Part shown: piece by piece, positions 36,993 through 47,864 of the stretch
How the letters are laid out: the number at the start of each line of letters is the position of its first letter
Numbering within the stretch: position 1 is the first letter of the stretch
NCBI GenBank assembly: GCA_022763365.1
Contig: JALEGN010000007.1
Span: 24,665-88,664, forward strand
Origin: Minisyncoccota bacterium
GTDB taxonomy: Bacteria; Patescibacteriota; Minisyncoccia; Phycocordibacterales; UBA1006
DNA length: 64,000 nucleotides
Direction of reading: 5' to 3'
Made by a program: the position numbers and the translations under genes
Notes under the pieces: model-generated
The model's input: the letters and a program-made list of their open reading frames with translations, nothing else
What the model was told of the DNA's origin: nothing
Database searches by the model: none

Positions 36993-37841
36993 TTAGATAA
37001 GATCTTTCACTTCTTCAACGAGTTTTTTTGATAAAGTACGGCTGAGTTCAAATTTCTTCATAAAATCATTTTCACTGACACCAGCAAGTTCTTTAACCAA
37101 AATAATTCCTTCTGCTGAAAACTTTTTAAGAGCTTTCTTTGTAATAGATGGCAGAGTTGTTACAGGATACAAACTACGTTCTGAAACAATCTTTTTCAGA
37201 TTAATGTATTTCGGATAATCCCAGCCCATTAACTGCATATCACGATGTGCTACATAATTTATAGCGTTATCAGTAAACTGTGTGTTGGTTACTACCCATT
37301 CATAAAACTCTCGTGTATCGCCGACTTTTTTGGCTTGTCTTCTAATATCTTGAACTTTAGCGTCCGCGTACATTACCTGATTGATGTGAGTTTTACTACG
37401 ATAATCATTTCGATACTTAGCCTCGATAATATACACGACATTCCCCTTCTCTGCCCATACATCAATTTCATGTGAGACTCCTTCCCCACTGACATAAACA
37501 TTTGTCTGAACATAATATCCCATTTCTTTAAACAGAGCTGCGACATATTGTTCAAAAATAAATCCTGATGGTCCTAAGGCTGTTAGTCCTCGTTCAAGAC
37601 CATAAAGAGCCGCAAGTTTAGGATTAAATTCATTAATATATTTTCGTGTGGTCACAAAAATTTTATCAGTTGAAACACCTGAATCAATACTCTCATCAAC
37701 AATACTACATACCTGATTCGCTAGATTGTCAGGTACTCCTACCGCCATAACTGAATGACATAATTTTTCAGGCTGAAACAACTCTTCTTGTCCATTTTGC
37801 TTTACAATCTTTCGTTTCCTTCTCTGTGATCTTCGCGACAT
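36993..37841 (-). CDS. ATP-cone domain fused to Mrr-like PD-(D/E)xK endonuclease domain
   Basis: IVKQNGQEELFQPEKL ATP-cone start; FEQYVAALF..GY, EIDV, IEAK catalytic pattern. Confidence 0.8.
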   Translation of the reverse strand: MSRRSQRRKRKIVKQNGQEELFQPEKLCHSVMAVGVPDNLANQVCSIVDESIDSGVSTDKIFVTTRKYINEFNPKLAALYGLERGLTALGPSGFIFEQYVAALFKEMGYYVQTNVYVSGEGVSHEIDVWAEKGNVVYIIEAKYRNDYRSKTHINQVMYADAKVQDIRRQAKKVGDTREFYEWVVTNTQFTDNAINYVAHRDMQLMGWDYPKYINLKKIVSERSLYPVTTLPSITKKALKKFSAEGIILVKELAGVSENDFMKKFELSRTLSKKLVEEVKDLI

Positions 37842-37906
37842 AACTCCAATAATTATACCATAGGAATCAATGCTCGATTATCAATATTACGTGCTATAAT
37901 TTCGCT

Positions 37907-38629
37907 ATGCAAAAAAATAATAGAAAGACACTGAAAGAAATTACTACTGAATGTATTGAAAAATATGATAGCGTAACTGATTCACGAATGTGTATTATCG
38001 ATGCTGAATTTCGTCGAGGATTTAACCTCATGAAAGACTATCCAAAATCAGTAACTATTTTTGGATCAGCTCGATTGAAACCCGAAACAGAAGCCTATCA
38101 AAAAGTTGAAGCGTTAGCTAAAAAAATTGCAAATATGGATTACACCGTTGTTACCGGTGGAGGACATGGAATTATGGGGGCTGCAAATAAAGGAGCTTTT
38201 GAAGCTGAAAAAGGTTCGTCATTAGGAATTAATATTGAATTACCTTTTGAACAAACAACGAATCCTTACCTTGATGACACAATTGAATTCCATCATTTCT
38301 ACTCACGTAAGGTAACCTTGGCCTACGCTGCAGAAGCCTATGTTTATTGCCCAGGAGGATTTGGTACACTAGATGAGTTTTTTGAAATTCTTACGCTTGT
38401 TCAAACACGAAAAATTCCCAACACACCAATTATTTTATATGGATCAGAATTCTGGAAGCCTCTTGAGGAATACTTTAAAAAGGTGATGCTTCAAGAAGGG
38501 CAAGAAACAATTAGTAAGGAAGACTTATCGCTTTATACAATTACTGATAATGATGATGAGGTGTTGGAAATTATTAAAAATGCACCAGTACGAACTGATA
38601 TTTCAAGTACCTATCATTTAGGACAATAA
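37907..38629 (+). CDS. LOG family (TIGR00730) nucleotide phosphoribohydrolase-like protein
   Basis: VTIFGSAR, TGGGHGIM, PGGFGTLDE. Confidence 0.9.
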   Translation: MQKNNRKTLKEITTECIEKYDSVTDSRMCIIDAEFRRGFNLMKDYPKSVTIFGSARLKPETEAYQKVEALAKKIANMDYTVVTGGGHGIMGAANKGAFEAEKGSSLGINIELPFEQTTNPYLDDTIEFHHFYSRKVTLAYAAEAYVYCPGGFGTLDEFFEILTLVQTRKIPNTPIILYGSEFWKPLEEYFKKVMLQEGQETISKEDLSLYTITDNDDEVLEIIKNAPVRTDISSTYHLGQ

Positions 38630-38649
38630 AAAAACGCATGTGCGTTTTT

Positions 38650-39009
38650 TTATTTCTTTAGTTGCTTGTTATAGAGAACATATGACATAAGCATAACAAT
38701 AAGCCCCACAAGCGCTCCCATATGTTGACCATCTCCTACATAAATATGGGCAAGGAATGCCAATGACAAGAGATAAAAGAATCCTGCATAAGCCCATTCT
38801 TTAATACTCGAACGGGTTGGAATCCATAATGCAACAACTCCCGCAATTTTAGCAATTGCAAGTACCCAAATCAAGTAGGCTGGGTAACCAACGGCTTCCA
38901 TGTAACCAACTACCATTTCATAATTAAGGTTTTAATTAACAACACCCGATAAAATCATTAGTGAAAAAATTGCGGTTACAATGTAATACCATGTTTTAGT
39001 TTTCTTTAT
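38650..39009 (-). pseudogene. DoxX-like membrane protein, disrupted
   Basis: GYPAYL..AKIAG..KEWAYAGF; in-frame upstream segment (ATA)KKTKTWYYIVTAIFSLMILSGVVN* has ATA at the expected start and TAA at 38932-38934. Confidence 0.7.
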
Positions 39010-39010
39010 A

Positions 39011-39436
39011 CTATTTTTTGAGTGAATCTCTGATTTCCGCCAAGAGTTCAACTTCAGTTGGTCCCTTTGGTTCCTCTGATTCTGTTTCCGGTTCTGCTTC
39101 TCGTTTTAGCTTATTAATACCTTTTACCAACATAAATACCGCAAAAGCAACAATTAAAAACGCAATTACCTCATTAATAAAGGTTCCGTAGGCTAGTACT
39201 GATGCCCCTGCCTCACGTGCAGCCTCAACTGAAGTAAAGCTCTCTCCTGGAACGCCCTTAACAACAATAAAGAGATTAGAAAAATCAGGTACTGTGAGAA
39301 TACCAGAAACAACTGGCATGATAACATCAGCTACCAATGATTTTACAATGGTTCCAAAGGCTCCCCCAATGATAATACCAACTGCCATATCTATCATGTT
39401 TCCTTTGATGGCAAATTCTTTGAATTCTTTTAACAT
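39011..39436 (-). CDS. mscL: Large-conductance mechanosensitive channel
   Basis: EFKEFAIKGNMIDMAVGIIIGGAF, LLAEIRD. Confidence 0.97.
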   Translation of the reverse strand: MLKEFKEFAIKGNMIDMAVGIIIGGAFGTIVKSLVADVIMPVVSGILTVPDFSNLFIVVKGVPGESFTSVEAAREAGASVLAYGTFINEVIAFLIVAFAVFMLVKGINKLKREAEPETESEEPKGPTEVELLAEIRDSLKK

Positions 39437-39550
39437 ATTTTTTTGATTAGATATTTGCCGAATTGCAAATAGTAAATAAATTATAATATTTATTATGAAC
39501 TAAAATCAAGTATCTTTATTTTTTATACCAATAATTTATAGTAGTGATAT

Positions 39551-39621
39551 TGCTCGATCGTCTAATGGTAGGACATCAGTTTCTGGCACTGAGAATCTAG
39601 GTTCGATCCCTAGTCGAGCAG
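39551..39621 (+). tRNA. tRNA-Gln(CTG)
   Basis: Acceptor TGCTCGA/TCGAGCA, anticodon arm TCAGT-TT-CTG-GC-ACTGA, T-loop TTCGATC. Confidence 0.95.
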
Positions 39622-39799
39622 CACTTAAAGAAAAGACTGGCTTCTGCTAGTTTTTTCTATTAGCATTGATTAATAGATAAAATCTCTCAAAGAGCAAAGC
39701 GATTATGAAATTTTCAGGTACAGTAATTCCTAGTCAAACTAGTGTATAAAAACCACCCCACAAAGCTATAAATAAAATTATTTTTGCTATACTAATAGC

Positions 39800-40315
39800 G
39801 TGAAATATATAGAAAATAATAGAGCTTTTACCTTGATTGAGTTACTTGTAGTCATATCGATTATTAGTATCCTTTCTGCTATCGTCATAGGATCACTAGC
39901 AGGAGCAAGAGCTAAATCAAGAGATGCTCGAAGGATTTCTGATATGAGAATGATTCAACAAGCCCTTTTTACATATCATCTTGATAATGGATTCATTCCG
40001 ATTACATCTAGTTATAATGCTTCTGATTCGGGAGGATGGGATACCTCATTTGAAGGAGATTTTCTCTCTTTTCTCGTTGAAGATGGGTATTTGTCTACTG
40101 TCCCAGTTGACCCATTGAATAATGCAAATTCAGCGCACCTCAACGATGGATATGGGTATCTTTATTATTGTTATAGTGTGGGTGGAAATAGAGGGCTTGC
40201 ACTAAGATTCAAAAGAGAGTCAGATCAATCAATAGTGAATTATGTTACCATCTCTTCTTTTGGCAATAGGCATGGCTCAGGAGATGATTACTTTGAGTGC
40301 GGAAATCATTCTTAA
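39800..40315 (+). CDS. Type IV pilin / pseudopilin
   Basis: A-FTLIELLVVISII prepilin motif, ARAKSRDARRISD, VPVDP. Confidence 0.9.
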   Translation: MKYIENNRAFTLIELLVVISIISILSAIVIGSLAGARAKSRDARRISDMRMIQQALFTYHLDNGFIPITSSYNASDSGGWDTSFEGDFLSFLVEDGYLSTVPVDPLNNANSAHLNDGYGYLYYCYSVGGNRGLALRFKRESDQSIVNYVTISSFGNRHGSGDDYFECGNHS

Positions 40316-40415
40316 CTCATCAATAGAGTATCAGATATTGAATATTTCATTTGAGAAATGAGTATTTAATTTAAAATATTAAATTAAAGATAATAAAAAA
40401 CACCTCTCGGTGTTT

Positions 40416-41339
40416 TTATATTTTCAAATATTTTTTCGTTGCAATACGTGATGAAATAATTCCGATCAACATACCAACCGTTACGAGAATTATAAATATC
40501 GGTAGTATATTTCCAGCATAGTAGCTGGCAATATCCATACCGCCAAAGAATGAGCTGGTGTAATTCCCTATCCATCTGGTCATTGGATAAAGTACGAGCA
40601 TCGTAAGGATTGCTGACACAAGCCCATACATACCTCCCATAACCAGAAAGGGTCCACGAACATATCGATGTTCTGCCCCTACCAGACGTTTAATTCGAAT
40701 CTCTTTTTTAGCTGCAAAAATTGCAATACGCATCGTTGAAAGAATAACCAGTAAAGCAACAACACTAAAGAATACGACAACAGCATATCCAATCAATCTA
40801 ACAACTCCCGTAAATTGATTTAAGCGTTCGATAATCGTTTTATTATCGTAGTAATTAATTCGTTCAACAAAATCTGAATTCGTCACGACAGGCTCTGACT
40901 CAATAGCTGCAATCACTGCCTCGTATTGCGTTGATTCAAATGCTCGAATATTTAATGAGGCTCCAAGAGGGTTATCACCTAATTCTTCAAGTGACCGTGT
41001 GATCAAATCATCATTTCTGTGGCGTTCTTGAAAATCTAGGAACGCTTGTTCACGTGAAATATATTGCACATCTCGAATTTCAGGAACGAGTTGAAGTTTA
41101 CTCTGCAAGGTTAATATCTCAGTTTCTGGGACATCAGGGAAGAAATAAATATTTACATCTACCCTGTCTTGTAATTGAACTAATGAGAAATCAAGAACGG
41201 CATTCATAAATAACAGTGAACTCATCACGACCATTGCCATGGTCATTACCATAATTGTTGAAAATGATACTAGTTTATTTCGCCAAAAATTTATTAATCC
41301 TTCTCTGAGGATTCTTTGTATATCTAATCGAAGTGACAT
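40416..41339 (-). CDS. ftsX: Cell division permease FtsX
   Basis: NFWRN, ISREQA, NPLGAS, EIRIKRLVGA; follows ftsE. Confidence 0.92.
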   Translation of the reverse strand: MSLRLDIQRILREGLINFWRNKLVSFSTIMVMTMAMVVMSSLLFMNAVLDFSLVQLQDRVDVNIYFFPDVPETEILTLQSKLQLVPEIRDVQYISREQAFLDFQERHRNDDLITRSLEELGDNPLGASLNIRAFESTQYEAVIAAIESEPVVTNSDFVERINYYDNKTIIERLNQFTGVVRLIGYAVVVFFSVVALLVILSTMRIAIFAAKKEIRIKRLVGAEHRYVRGPFLVMGGMYGLVSAILTMLVLYPMTRWIGNYTSSFFGGMDIASYYAGNILPIFIILVTVGMLIGIISSRIATKKYLKI

Positions 41340-41343
41340 AATA

Positions 41344-42030
41344 CTATTTTCGAGGGTGGTAACCACCTTTATGATCATCACGGGTAATACGACCATGTTC
41401 AATACGGACAATACGCCTGTCTGATGCATCTACCACATCTCTATCATGTGTTGCTAAAATAACCGTCGTACCTAAATCGTTAATTTTATTCAAAATATTC
41501 AGAACATTTTTGGAACTCTCTGGGTCAAGTGATCCAGTTGGCTCGTCAGCAATTAACACATCAGGCTGATTGATAATGGCACGTGCAATAGCCAAGCGCT
41601 GTTGTTCACCACCTGAGAGCTGGTGCGGGAAACTAAATCCTTTATTTTCTAGTCCGACAAGCTCAAGTGCGTATGGAACATCTACCTTAATTTCAGCATC
41701 AGTTTTTCCAATCATTTCCATGGCAAAAGCGACATTTTCAAAGACGGTTTTTCCTTCAAGGAGTTTATAGTCCTGAAAAACAACTCCAATACGTTGGCGA
41801 TATTTTGGAATATCTGATTTTCTGAGATTATGAATGTTTACCGTATCAAAATACAGAGAACCACTGGTTGGTTTTTCTTCTGCCAAAAGAAGACGTAGTA
41901 ATGTTGTTTTCCCTGCTCCTGATGGACCAATCAAAATAACAAATTCTCCTTTTTCTATTTTTAAATCAATTCCATGAACCGATACATTTTTTGATTCATA
42001 GCTTTTTGAAATATTATCAAATTTAATCAT
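41344..42030 (-). CDS. ftsE: Cell division ATP-binding protein FtsE
   Basis: GPSGAGKTT, VFQDYKLL, LSGGEQQR, ADEPTG. Confidence 0.93.
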   Translation of the reverse strand: MIKFDNISKSYESKNVSVHGIDLKIEKGEFVILIGPSGAGKTTLLRLLLAEEKPTSGSLYFDTVNIHNLRKSDIPKYRQRIGVVFQDYKLLEGKTVFENVAFAMEMIGKTDAEIKVDVPYALELVGLENKGFSFPHQLSGGEQQRLAIARAIINQPDVLIADEPTGSLDPESSKNVLNILNKINDLGTTVILATHDRDVVDASDRRIVRIEHGRITRDDHKGGYHPRK

Positions 42031-42097
42031 TATGCTTCTATTTTACCACAACTAAAAAACACCCCAAAAGGTGTTTTTTAGTAAATATATTGTCATA

Positions 42098-42958
42098 TTA
42101 ATCAGTAATAAAAATATCAATGCCTCCAGCAAAAACATCATCAATTTTTGCTGTTTCAATACCTTTATCATGGTCTTTGACCATTTGGTATGGATCCATG
42201 ACATATGAACGCATCTGGCTTCCCCATTCAATTGAAACCTTATCAGAGATAGAGAGTCCTTTGGCTCGCTTTTCTTCATCATCAAGATGTTTTTGATATA
42301 ATTTTGCACGCATAATTTCAAAAGCTCGGGCTCGATTCGATTCTTGAGTTCGTCCTTCAGAAACAAATACTGAAATACCAGTTTGAGGATGTACCATGCG
42401 GACTGCGGTTTCTCGTTTATTTACATTCTGACCACCTGCGCCACCTGATTTTGCAAAACTAATATCTAAATCAGATTCTGATAATTCAAAATCTTGAGTA
42501 GGAATTATTGGCAGAACCTCAACTAAGGCAAAACCTGTTTGGCGTTTACCTTGTTTGTTAAAGGGAGATTTACGAACAAGCCTATGAACACCTGATTCTC
42601 CTCGTAATTTACCAAAGACCCCATTTCCTGAAATCTCAAATGAAATACTGCGGTAACCATTGAGGTTATTTGGACTCTCATCAATCAGCATTAGTTGATA
42701 AGAATGATTTCCTGCAAAAGATTGGTACATTTCAAATAACATACGTACAAAATCCTCAGCATCATCACCACCTGCGCCTGCATAAATTGATACAATAGCA
42801 TTACCTTTATCGTATTTTTTATCACCTAAGAGTTCTTTTTTTAAACGTTCAATTTCAGCAATCACAAATTGAGCACGTTCCTTATCATTCCAAAACGTTG
42901 GTGAATACATTTCTTGCTCGAGTTGTACAATATTTTCTGATACTTCTTCGCTATTCAT
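42098..42958 (-). CDS. prfB: Peptide chain release factor 2 (short form)
   Basis: SPF motif (RKSPFN), GGQ, WGSQMRSYV. Confidence 0.93.
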   Translation of the reverse strand: MNSEEVSENIVQLEQEMYSPTFWNDKERAQFVIAEIERLKKELLGDKKYDKGNAIVSIYAGAGGDDAEDFVRMLFEMYQSFAGNHSYQLMLIDESPNNLNGYRSISFEISGNGVFGKLRGESGVHRLVRKSPFNKQGKRQTGFALVEVLPIIPTQDFELSESDLDISFAKSGGAGGQNVNKRETAVRMVHPQTGISVFVSEGRTQESNRARAFEIMRAKLYQKHLDDEEKRAKGLSISDKVSIEWGSQMRSYVMDPYQMVKDHDKGIETAKIDDVFAGGIDIFITD

Positions 42959-43003
42959 ATCTCCAGTTTAATACAAAGAAAAAAAACCTACCACTGGTAG
43001 ATT

Positions 43004-46000
43004 TTATTTACTAAATTTGTCATACAACATTGGAATAAGAACCAAGGTCAGTGTTGTCGCAAAGGAGAGACCAATAATAACCGCAAAAGCAAATGGTTCC
43101 CATAATGGTGACACAAAGAGTAATGGAATCATTCCAAGAACCGTTGTTATCGTTGTTACAATAACAGGTCGTAATCGTGCTGTTGCTCCTTCGATAACAA
43201 CATCTCGTTTTGGTTTATCTGGATTTTCTTTCCTGATTGAATTCATCACGTCAACCAAAATAATAGAATCGTTGACGACTATACCAACTAAGGCTATAAA
43301 CCCTAAGAGTGCCGTGAAAGACAAAGTTTTATCTCCAATTAATAATCCAAAGAGGACTCCAATAAGACCAAGAGGAATCACTGAAATAATAAATAAAGTA
43401 TCCCGAATAGATCCAAATTGCCAGATCAACACTCCGAATATAAGGAGTATCCCAAACCCTAATGATGCAATCAGTTCAGCTGATGATTCGTCATTTTCAT
43501 CTTGTGCTCCAGCGAGTTCTAGCTCAATCCCTTCAGGTAATTCTAAGCTATCTCTATTTTCTTCAAACTGATTAATTAAATCAGCCGGTAAGAATCCTGT
43601 TTCCGTATAAGCGGTTACCGTTATGAGGCGGTTACCGTTTCTGTGATTTGCCGCAGAAGTTGATTGAATAATCGCTGGTTCAACGAGCGACCCTAAAGCA
43701 ATCTCTCCACGCATAGTCTGCAGTGTAAACCCAGTTATATTATCAAGGCTAATTTCATTATTCTCTCGATGACTGAGAGCTGAGTTACTCAAAGCGACCT
43801 TTACAATAACGTCAGTTTCTCCACTATCAGGCAATGTTAAGGTTGTAGCCTCGGTACCAAAAATTGCGGTACGCAAGGTTGAAGAAAGATCAAGAGCACT
43901 CAAACCGTATTCTGCTAATTTTTCGTGATCAACATTAAATTGAATATCAGTCACTCCAGTATCAACACCTGAATCAATATCACGCGAACCATTAAAATTT
44001 CTAATATATTCCGCAACGTTTACCGCTGCAATATTAATATCTGACCAATTATCACCAATCACGCGTACTTGAAGAGGTGCTCCTACTGGTGGTCCTGACT
44101 CTGGTGTGAGGACTTGGGTATCAATTTGAAGGTCAGCTAGACGTTCACGTGCAATATCAGCTGCTTCAAGTCCATAGCTTTTATCTTCTAGATTAATGGT
44201 GATATTTGCATAATTTGCACCGCTTTGACCACCTCCTACAAATACACTTTCACTTCCTATAACCGTTGTAAACGAGGTCATGTACTCCATGCCAACTAAG
44301 GTTTCTTCTACAGCTATTGTTTGTTCACTTGTGATTTCAAGGGGCGTTCCTTTTGGAAATTCTATGTTAACGTACACCTGATCAGTTTCATCAGGCGGGA
44401 AGAATTCTGACTGAATCAATCCTGTCCCAACGAGTGCAAAAGACCCAAAGAACAAGAATACAAAGAGTCCAATCAAGGTTCTTTTGGCTCGGCTATTTTT
44501 AAGAAGTTTTTCAAGGAATCTTTTATACCAAGTACGTAATTTTCTAAATAATTTTTCTCGTTTAGCAACGAGCTTTTTCGGTTCATTAATATTAATGGCG
44601 TAAATACCAGTTGCAACCAATGGAATAAATACCAAAGCTACTATAACTGCCATAATTAATACAATATTTACAACCTGCGGAATTCCACCAATAAACTGAC
44701 CAGTTACCCCAGAAAGAAGAAGGAGTGGGACAAAAATTGAAATAGTCGTCATGGCTCCGGCGGTTACAGGCTTCGCAAATTCCTTAAGCGTCAGCTTAGC
44801 AGATTCAAAAGATGAATAACCTTTTGCACGGTAATCGTAGATTCCTTCAACAATAACAATTGAAGAATCAATAAGAATACCAATCACTAAAATTAAGGAG
44901 AATAAGGTAATAAAGTTAATCGTAATTCCTAAGACCATCATACCAATAAAGGTTAGTACAAACGATAAAGGTACTGCAATCGCAGCAATCAGTGATTCTT
45001 TGAATCCAACCATGAATCCCATCACTATAAGTACCAAGATAATAGTTTGAAGACCACTTGAAATAAGATCCGAGAGGTTCACGCGAATTTCATCCCCTGC
45101 ATTAAAAATAGTAACAAAATTAACATCAGGAGATTCAATTCGCAAATCATTTATAACAGCAGATACAGCATCAGTCACTTCGGTAATGTCTGCACCATCT
45201 TGTTTTCGAATATCGAAAATAATGGCTTGCTGGGTATTTTCGCCTGTGGCTGCGATACGAGCTTCTGAGGTATATATCGCAAGCCCATCTTCAAGCGTCT
45301 TTAGTACATCAACCAGGTAAATGTAGCTTCCTGGTGCTGTTTCAGTAATAATAACTGAAGATAAATCAGCTGGTTCATCAATACCACTTTCAAAATCAAT
45401 GCGGTAATTTCTATCATTAATAACAACATCTCCAACCGGCAAGGTTTGCTCGGCACGCGAGATTGCTCTGGCAACGTCACTAGGATTAAGACTATATTGA
45501 GAGAGTTTATTTGGATCTAAAAGAACGGTTACTTCACGCTCTGGAATACCACTAATTTCAATACTTGAAACACCTGGTATTTTTTGTAATTGATCCTCAA
45601 TAGCGTCTGCCTTCCTTCGCAATTGAGTTAAGGCTTCTTGACTACTTAAGGCAATCGTAAATATAGGTTCATCAGAGAAACTTACCTCTGTAACAATTGG
45701 CTCTAATGCATCATCTGGTAAATCACTTTGCACTTCTTCCACCTTATCTTTTACATCAACTAAGGCTTCATTAACATTCACATCGTCAAAAAATTGAATA
45801 CTTACTACCGATGATCCTTCTGATGAAGTTGAAGTGATTTCATCTACTCCATCTAAAGCACCAATTAATGAGTCTTCAAGGATATTTGTAACACTCTCTT
45901 CAATGTCTGTAGGTGACGCTCCAGGGTAAACTGTACGCACCAACACAACAGGAACTTTAATTTCTGGATAGAATTCCAAAGGAATACTCAGCATTGAATA

Positions 46001-46066
46001 GAGTCCTCCTGCCACTGAGAGAATGAGGAGGAATATCGTAAAGATTTTTCGTTTTAAGAAATACAT
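43004..46066 (-). CDS. RND efflux permease (AcrB/AcrD/AcrF family)
   Basis: YPGASP, GILIDSSIVIVE, GIVVNDSIILVD, RLRPVIVTT. Confidence 0.93.
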   Translation of the reverse strand: MYFLKRKIFTIFLLILSVAGGLYSMLSIPLEFYPEIKVPVVLVRTVYPGASPTDIEESVTNILEDSLIGALDGVDEITSTSSEGSSVVSIQFFDDVNVNEALVDVKDKVEEVQSDLPDDALEPIVTEVSFSDEPIFTIALSSQEALTQLRRKADAIEDQLQKIPGVSSIEISGIPEREVTVLLDPNKLSQYSLNPSDVARAISRAEQTLPVGDVVINDRNYRIDFESGIDEPADLSSVIITETAPGSYIYLVDVLKTLEDGLAIYTSEARIAATGENTQQAIIFDIRKQDGADITEVTDAVSAVINDLRIESPDVNFVTIFNAGDEIRVNLSDLISSGLQTIILVLIVMGFMVGFKESLIAAIAVPLSFVLTFIGMMVLGITINFITLFSLILVIGILIDSSIVIVEGIYDYRAKGYSSFESAKLTLKEFAKPVTAGAMTTISIFVPLLLLSGVTGQFIGGIPQVVNIVLIMAVIVALVFIPLVATGIYAININEPKKLVAKREKLFRKLRTWYKRFLEKLLKNSRAKRTLIGLFVFLFFGSFALVGTGLIQSEFFPPDETDQVYVNIEFPKGTPLEITSEQTIAVEETLVGMEYMTSFTTVIGSESVFVGGGQSGANYANITINLEDKSYGLEAADIARERLADLQIDTQVLTPESGPPVGAPLQVRVIGDNWSDINIAAVNVAEYIRNFNGSRDIDSGVDTGVTDIQFNVDHEKLAEYGLSALDLSSTLRTAIFGTEATTLTLPDSGETDVIVKVALSNSALSHRENNEISLDNITGFTLQTMRGEIALGSLVEPAIIQSTSAANHRNGNRLITVTAYTETGFLPADLINQFEENRDSLELPEGIELELAGAQDENDESSAELIASLGFGILLIFGVLIWQFGSIRDTLFIISVIPLGLIGVLFGLLIGDKTLSFTALLGFIALVGIVVNDSIILVDVMNSIRKENPDKPKRDVVIEGATARLRPVIVTTITTVLGMIPLLFVSPLWEPFAFAVIIGLSFATTLTLVLIPMLYDKFSK

Positions 46067-46068
46067 AG

Positions 46069-47556
46069 TTAGTTTTCTTGAGTCATTAAGGTAACAGAAG
46101 AACCTTCTTGAAGACCTCGTGCATCTTTAATAACTGACTGTTCATTCAGTCCAAACACTTCAACCTCAGATCCAAATAATGCTCCTAACTCAACAGATAC
46201 TGGAGACACGGTGCCGTCATTGTTATAGATAAATACATACGAATCAGTTCCGATAATTGATACGGCTGACAGAGGTAAACGAAATGCTCCATTTGAAGAA
46301 ATGGTAATTTCAGCACTACGAGTTATTGAACAATTAACCTGTTCATTTTCAGTGAGCTCAATTCCTTCTGGTGCCTCAATAACAACGCGACTACGGTTTG
46401 TTGTTGTATCAATACCTCGATTAACCCGTATGATCACTGTTTCTACATCTTCAACCATTACCATTGAACCAACTTCTAAGAATCGTAATTCCTCTGGTCG
46501 TACATTGGCAACCAGTTCAAAATTATCGATTGTTTTTACCGAACCTAGTGATTCCCCTATTTGAATAAAGTTTCCTTCATCAATATTAAATCCTGTTACG
46601 ATTCCATCAACCTCAGCACGTACTTGAGTTTTATTCAAGTTATCTAAAGCTAATTCATATCCTAACTGAGCTTGACGAACTCGTCCCCTGGCTTGAGCAA
46701 TAGCTTCATCAGAAACAGTTGACTGATTTAATGCAAGGTCTTTGTTTGATTCAGCTAATTCAAGTGCTTCTTCTACTTGAGTAAATTGAGAACTTCGCTT
46801 ATTTGGCACAGGAATAATCCAATCTTCGTTTCTATCAAAACCATCTTCAAAAACAAGCTCAAGCCCACAATTTCCTAAATCAGTTCCAAAAGCTGTTGTT
46901 GACACCGTACTAGTTCCTGATTCAAGTCCAGTAAATCTAAATGATGCACCTGAATCTGCTGAAGATGAATATACCTCAACACGATACTCTCCTTCTCTTC
47001 CACAGGTATAATCACCAGTAACTTGAGGTGCTGGACGTAACGTTTCCTCAGCCTCTCCATCTGCTGGGTACGCCCGCAGATCAGTATTAAAATATGCGTT
47101 TTGCGCTTGGGCTAAGGCTGCTTCCTGTTGGGCCCTTGTTTGTGCGGCTAATGATCCACTATTACTGAAATCATTTTCATCAAGTAAATCTTGTAGTGCT
47201 AGTTCAGCGGTATCAATAGCAACTGCCGCATCCTGAAGAGATACTCGTTGTCTGATATTTTCAACCTCTAATAAGAGGTCACCTTCTTCTACCTCAGCAC
47301 CATCTTCAACATAAATAGTTTCAATGGTTCCACTTGTTTCAGACTGAATAAGCACATTTGACTGTGGTTCAACGCGACATGAGGCTTCGAGACTACTGAG
47401 TTCAGAACTAAGGATATCCAATAATTCTACCTCAGGAACAGTCGCTATATTTTGAGCTTCTTTTGGTGCATAAAATCGTTGGTAGGCGCGAAGTCCAATA
47501 ATCCCAACGATAATGACAACGAGTATAATTTTCCAATATGATAATAATTTTTTCAT
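46069..47556 (-). CDS. RND periplasmic adaptor (membrane fusion) subunit
   Basis: N-terminal TM, lipoyl-like SETSGTIETIYVEDGAEVEEGDLL, helical hairpin. Confidence 0.85.
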   Translation of the reverse strand: MKKLLSYWKIILVVIIVGIIGLRAYQRFYAPKEAQNIATVPEVELLDILSSELSSLEASCRVEPQSNVLIQSETSGTIETIYVEDGAEVEEGDLLLEVENIRQRVSLQDAAVAIDTAELALQDLLDENDFSNSGSLAAQTRAQQEAALAQAQNAYFNTDLRAYPADGEAEETLRPAPQVTGDYTCGREGEYRVEVYSSSADSGASFRFTGLESGTSTVSTTAFGTDLGNCGLELVFEDGFDRNEDWIIPVPNKRSSQFTQVEEALELAESNKDLALNQSTVSDEAIAQARGRVRQAQLGYELALDNLNKTQVRAEVDGIVTGFNIDEGNFIQIGESLGSVKTIDNFELVANVRPEELRFLEVGSMVMVEDVETVIIRVNRGIDTTTNRSRVVIEAPEGIELTENEQVNCSITRSAEITISSNGAFRLPLSAVSIIGTDSYVFIYNNDGTVSPVSVELGALFGSEVEVFGLNEQSVIKDARGLQEGSSVTLMTQEN

Positions 47557-47560
47557 AATT

Positions 47561-47827
47561 TTAATCTAGTAATTTACAAATTTGTGTAATATTTTTCTTA
47601 ATATCTGCTAATTGTTCTTTTGGATCAGTGTCCTTTTCATGAGATAACTCTTTTTCAAGGAGTATCCAGATAACTGATCGAAGGGCTGATTTTACCGCCT
47701 TCATCTGCGTTAATACCTTTGGCATGTCAGCATCTTGGTCAATGAGTTTTTCAATTCCTCGTATTTGACCTTCAGCACGACGAAGCCTATTTGATATCTT
47801 TTTTTTATCTTCTAAGCTTGTTTTCAT
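47561..47827 (-). CDS. CsoR/RcnR/FrmR family transcriptional repressor
   Basis: NRLRRAEGQIRGIEKLI..VLTQMKAVKSAL. Confidence 0.88.
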   Translation of the reverse strand: MKTSLEDKKKISNRLRRAEGQIRGIEKLIDQDADMPKVLTQMKAVKSALRSVIWILLEKELSHEKDTDPKEQLADIKKNITQICKLLD

Positions 47828-47864
47828 ATACTTAACAAGTTTACTATTTTTATATAAAAAAACA

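Noticed and set aside
42958-43003. Programmed +1 frameshift in prfB
   Set aside because: No CTT-TGA site or upstream N-terminal ORF; the gene is simply short
43017-43571. Long antisense ORFs (also 8189-8638, 30600-31040, 63346-63726)
   Set aside because: Opposite well-conserved genes; no independent coding signals
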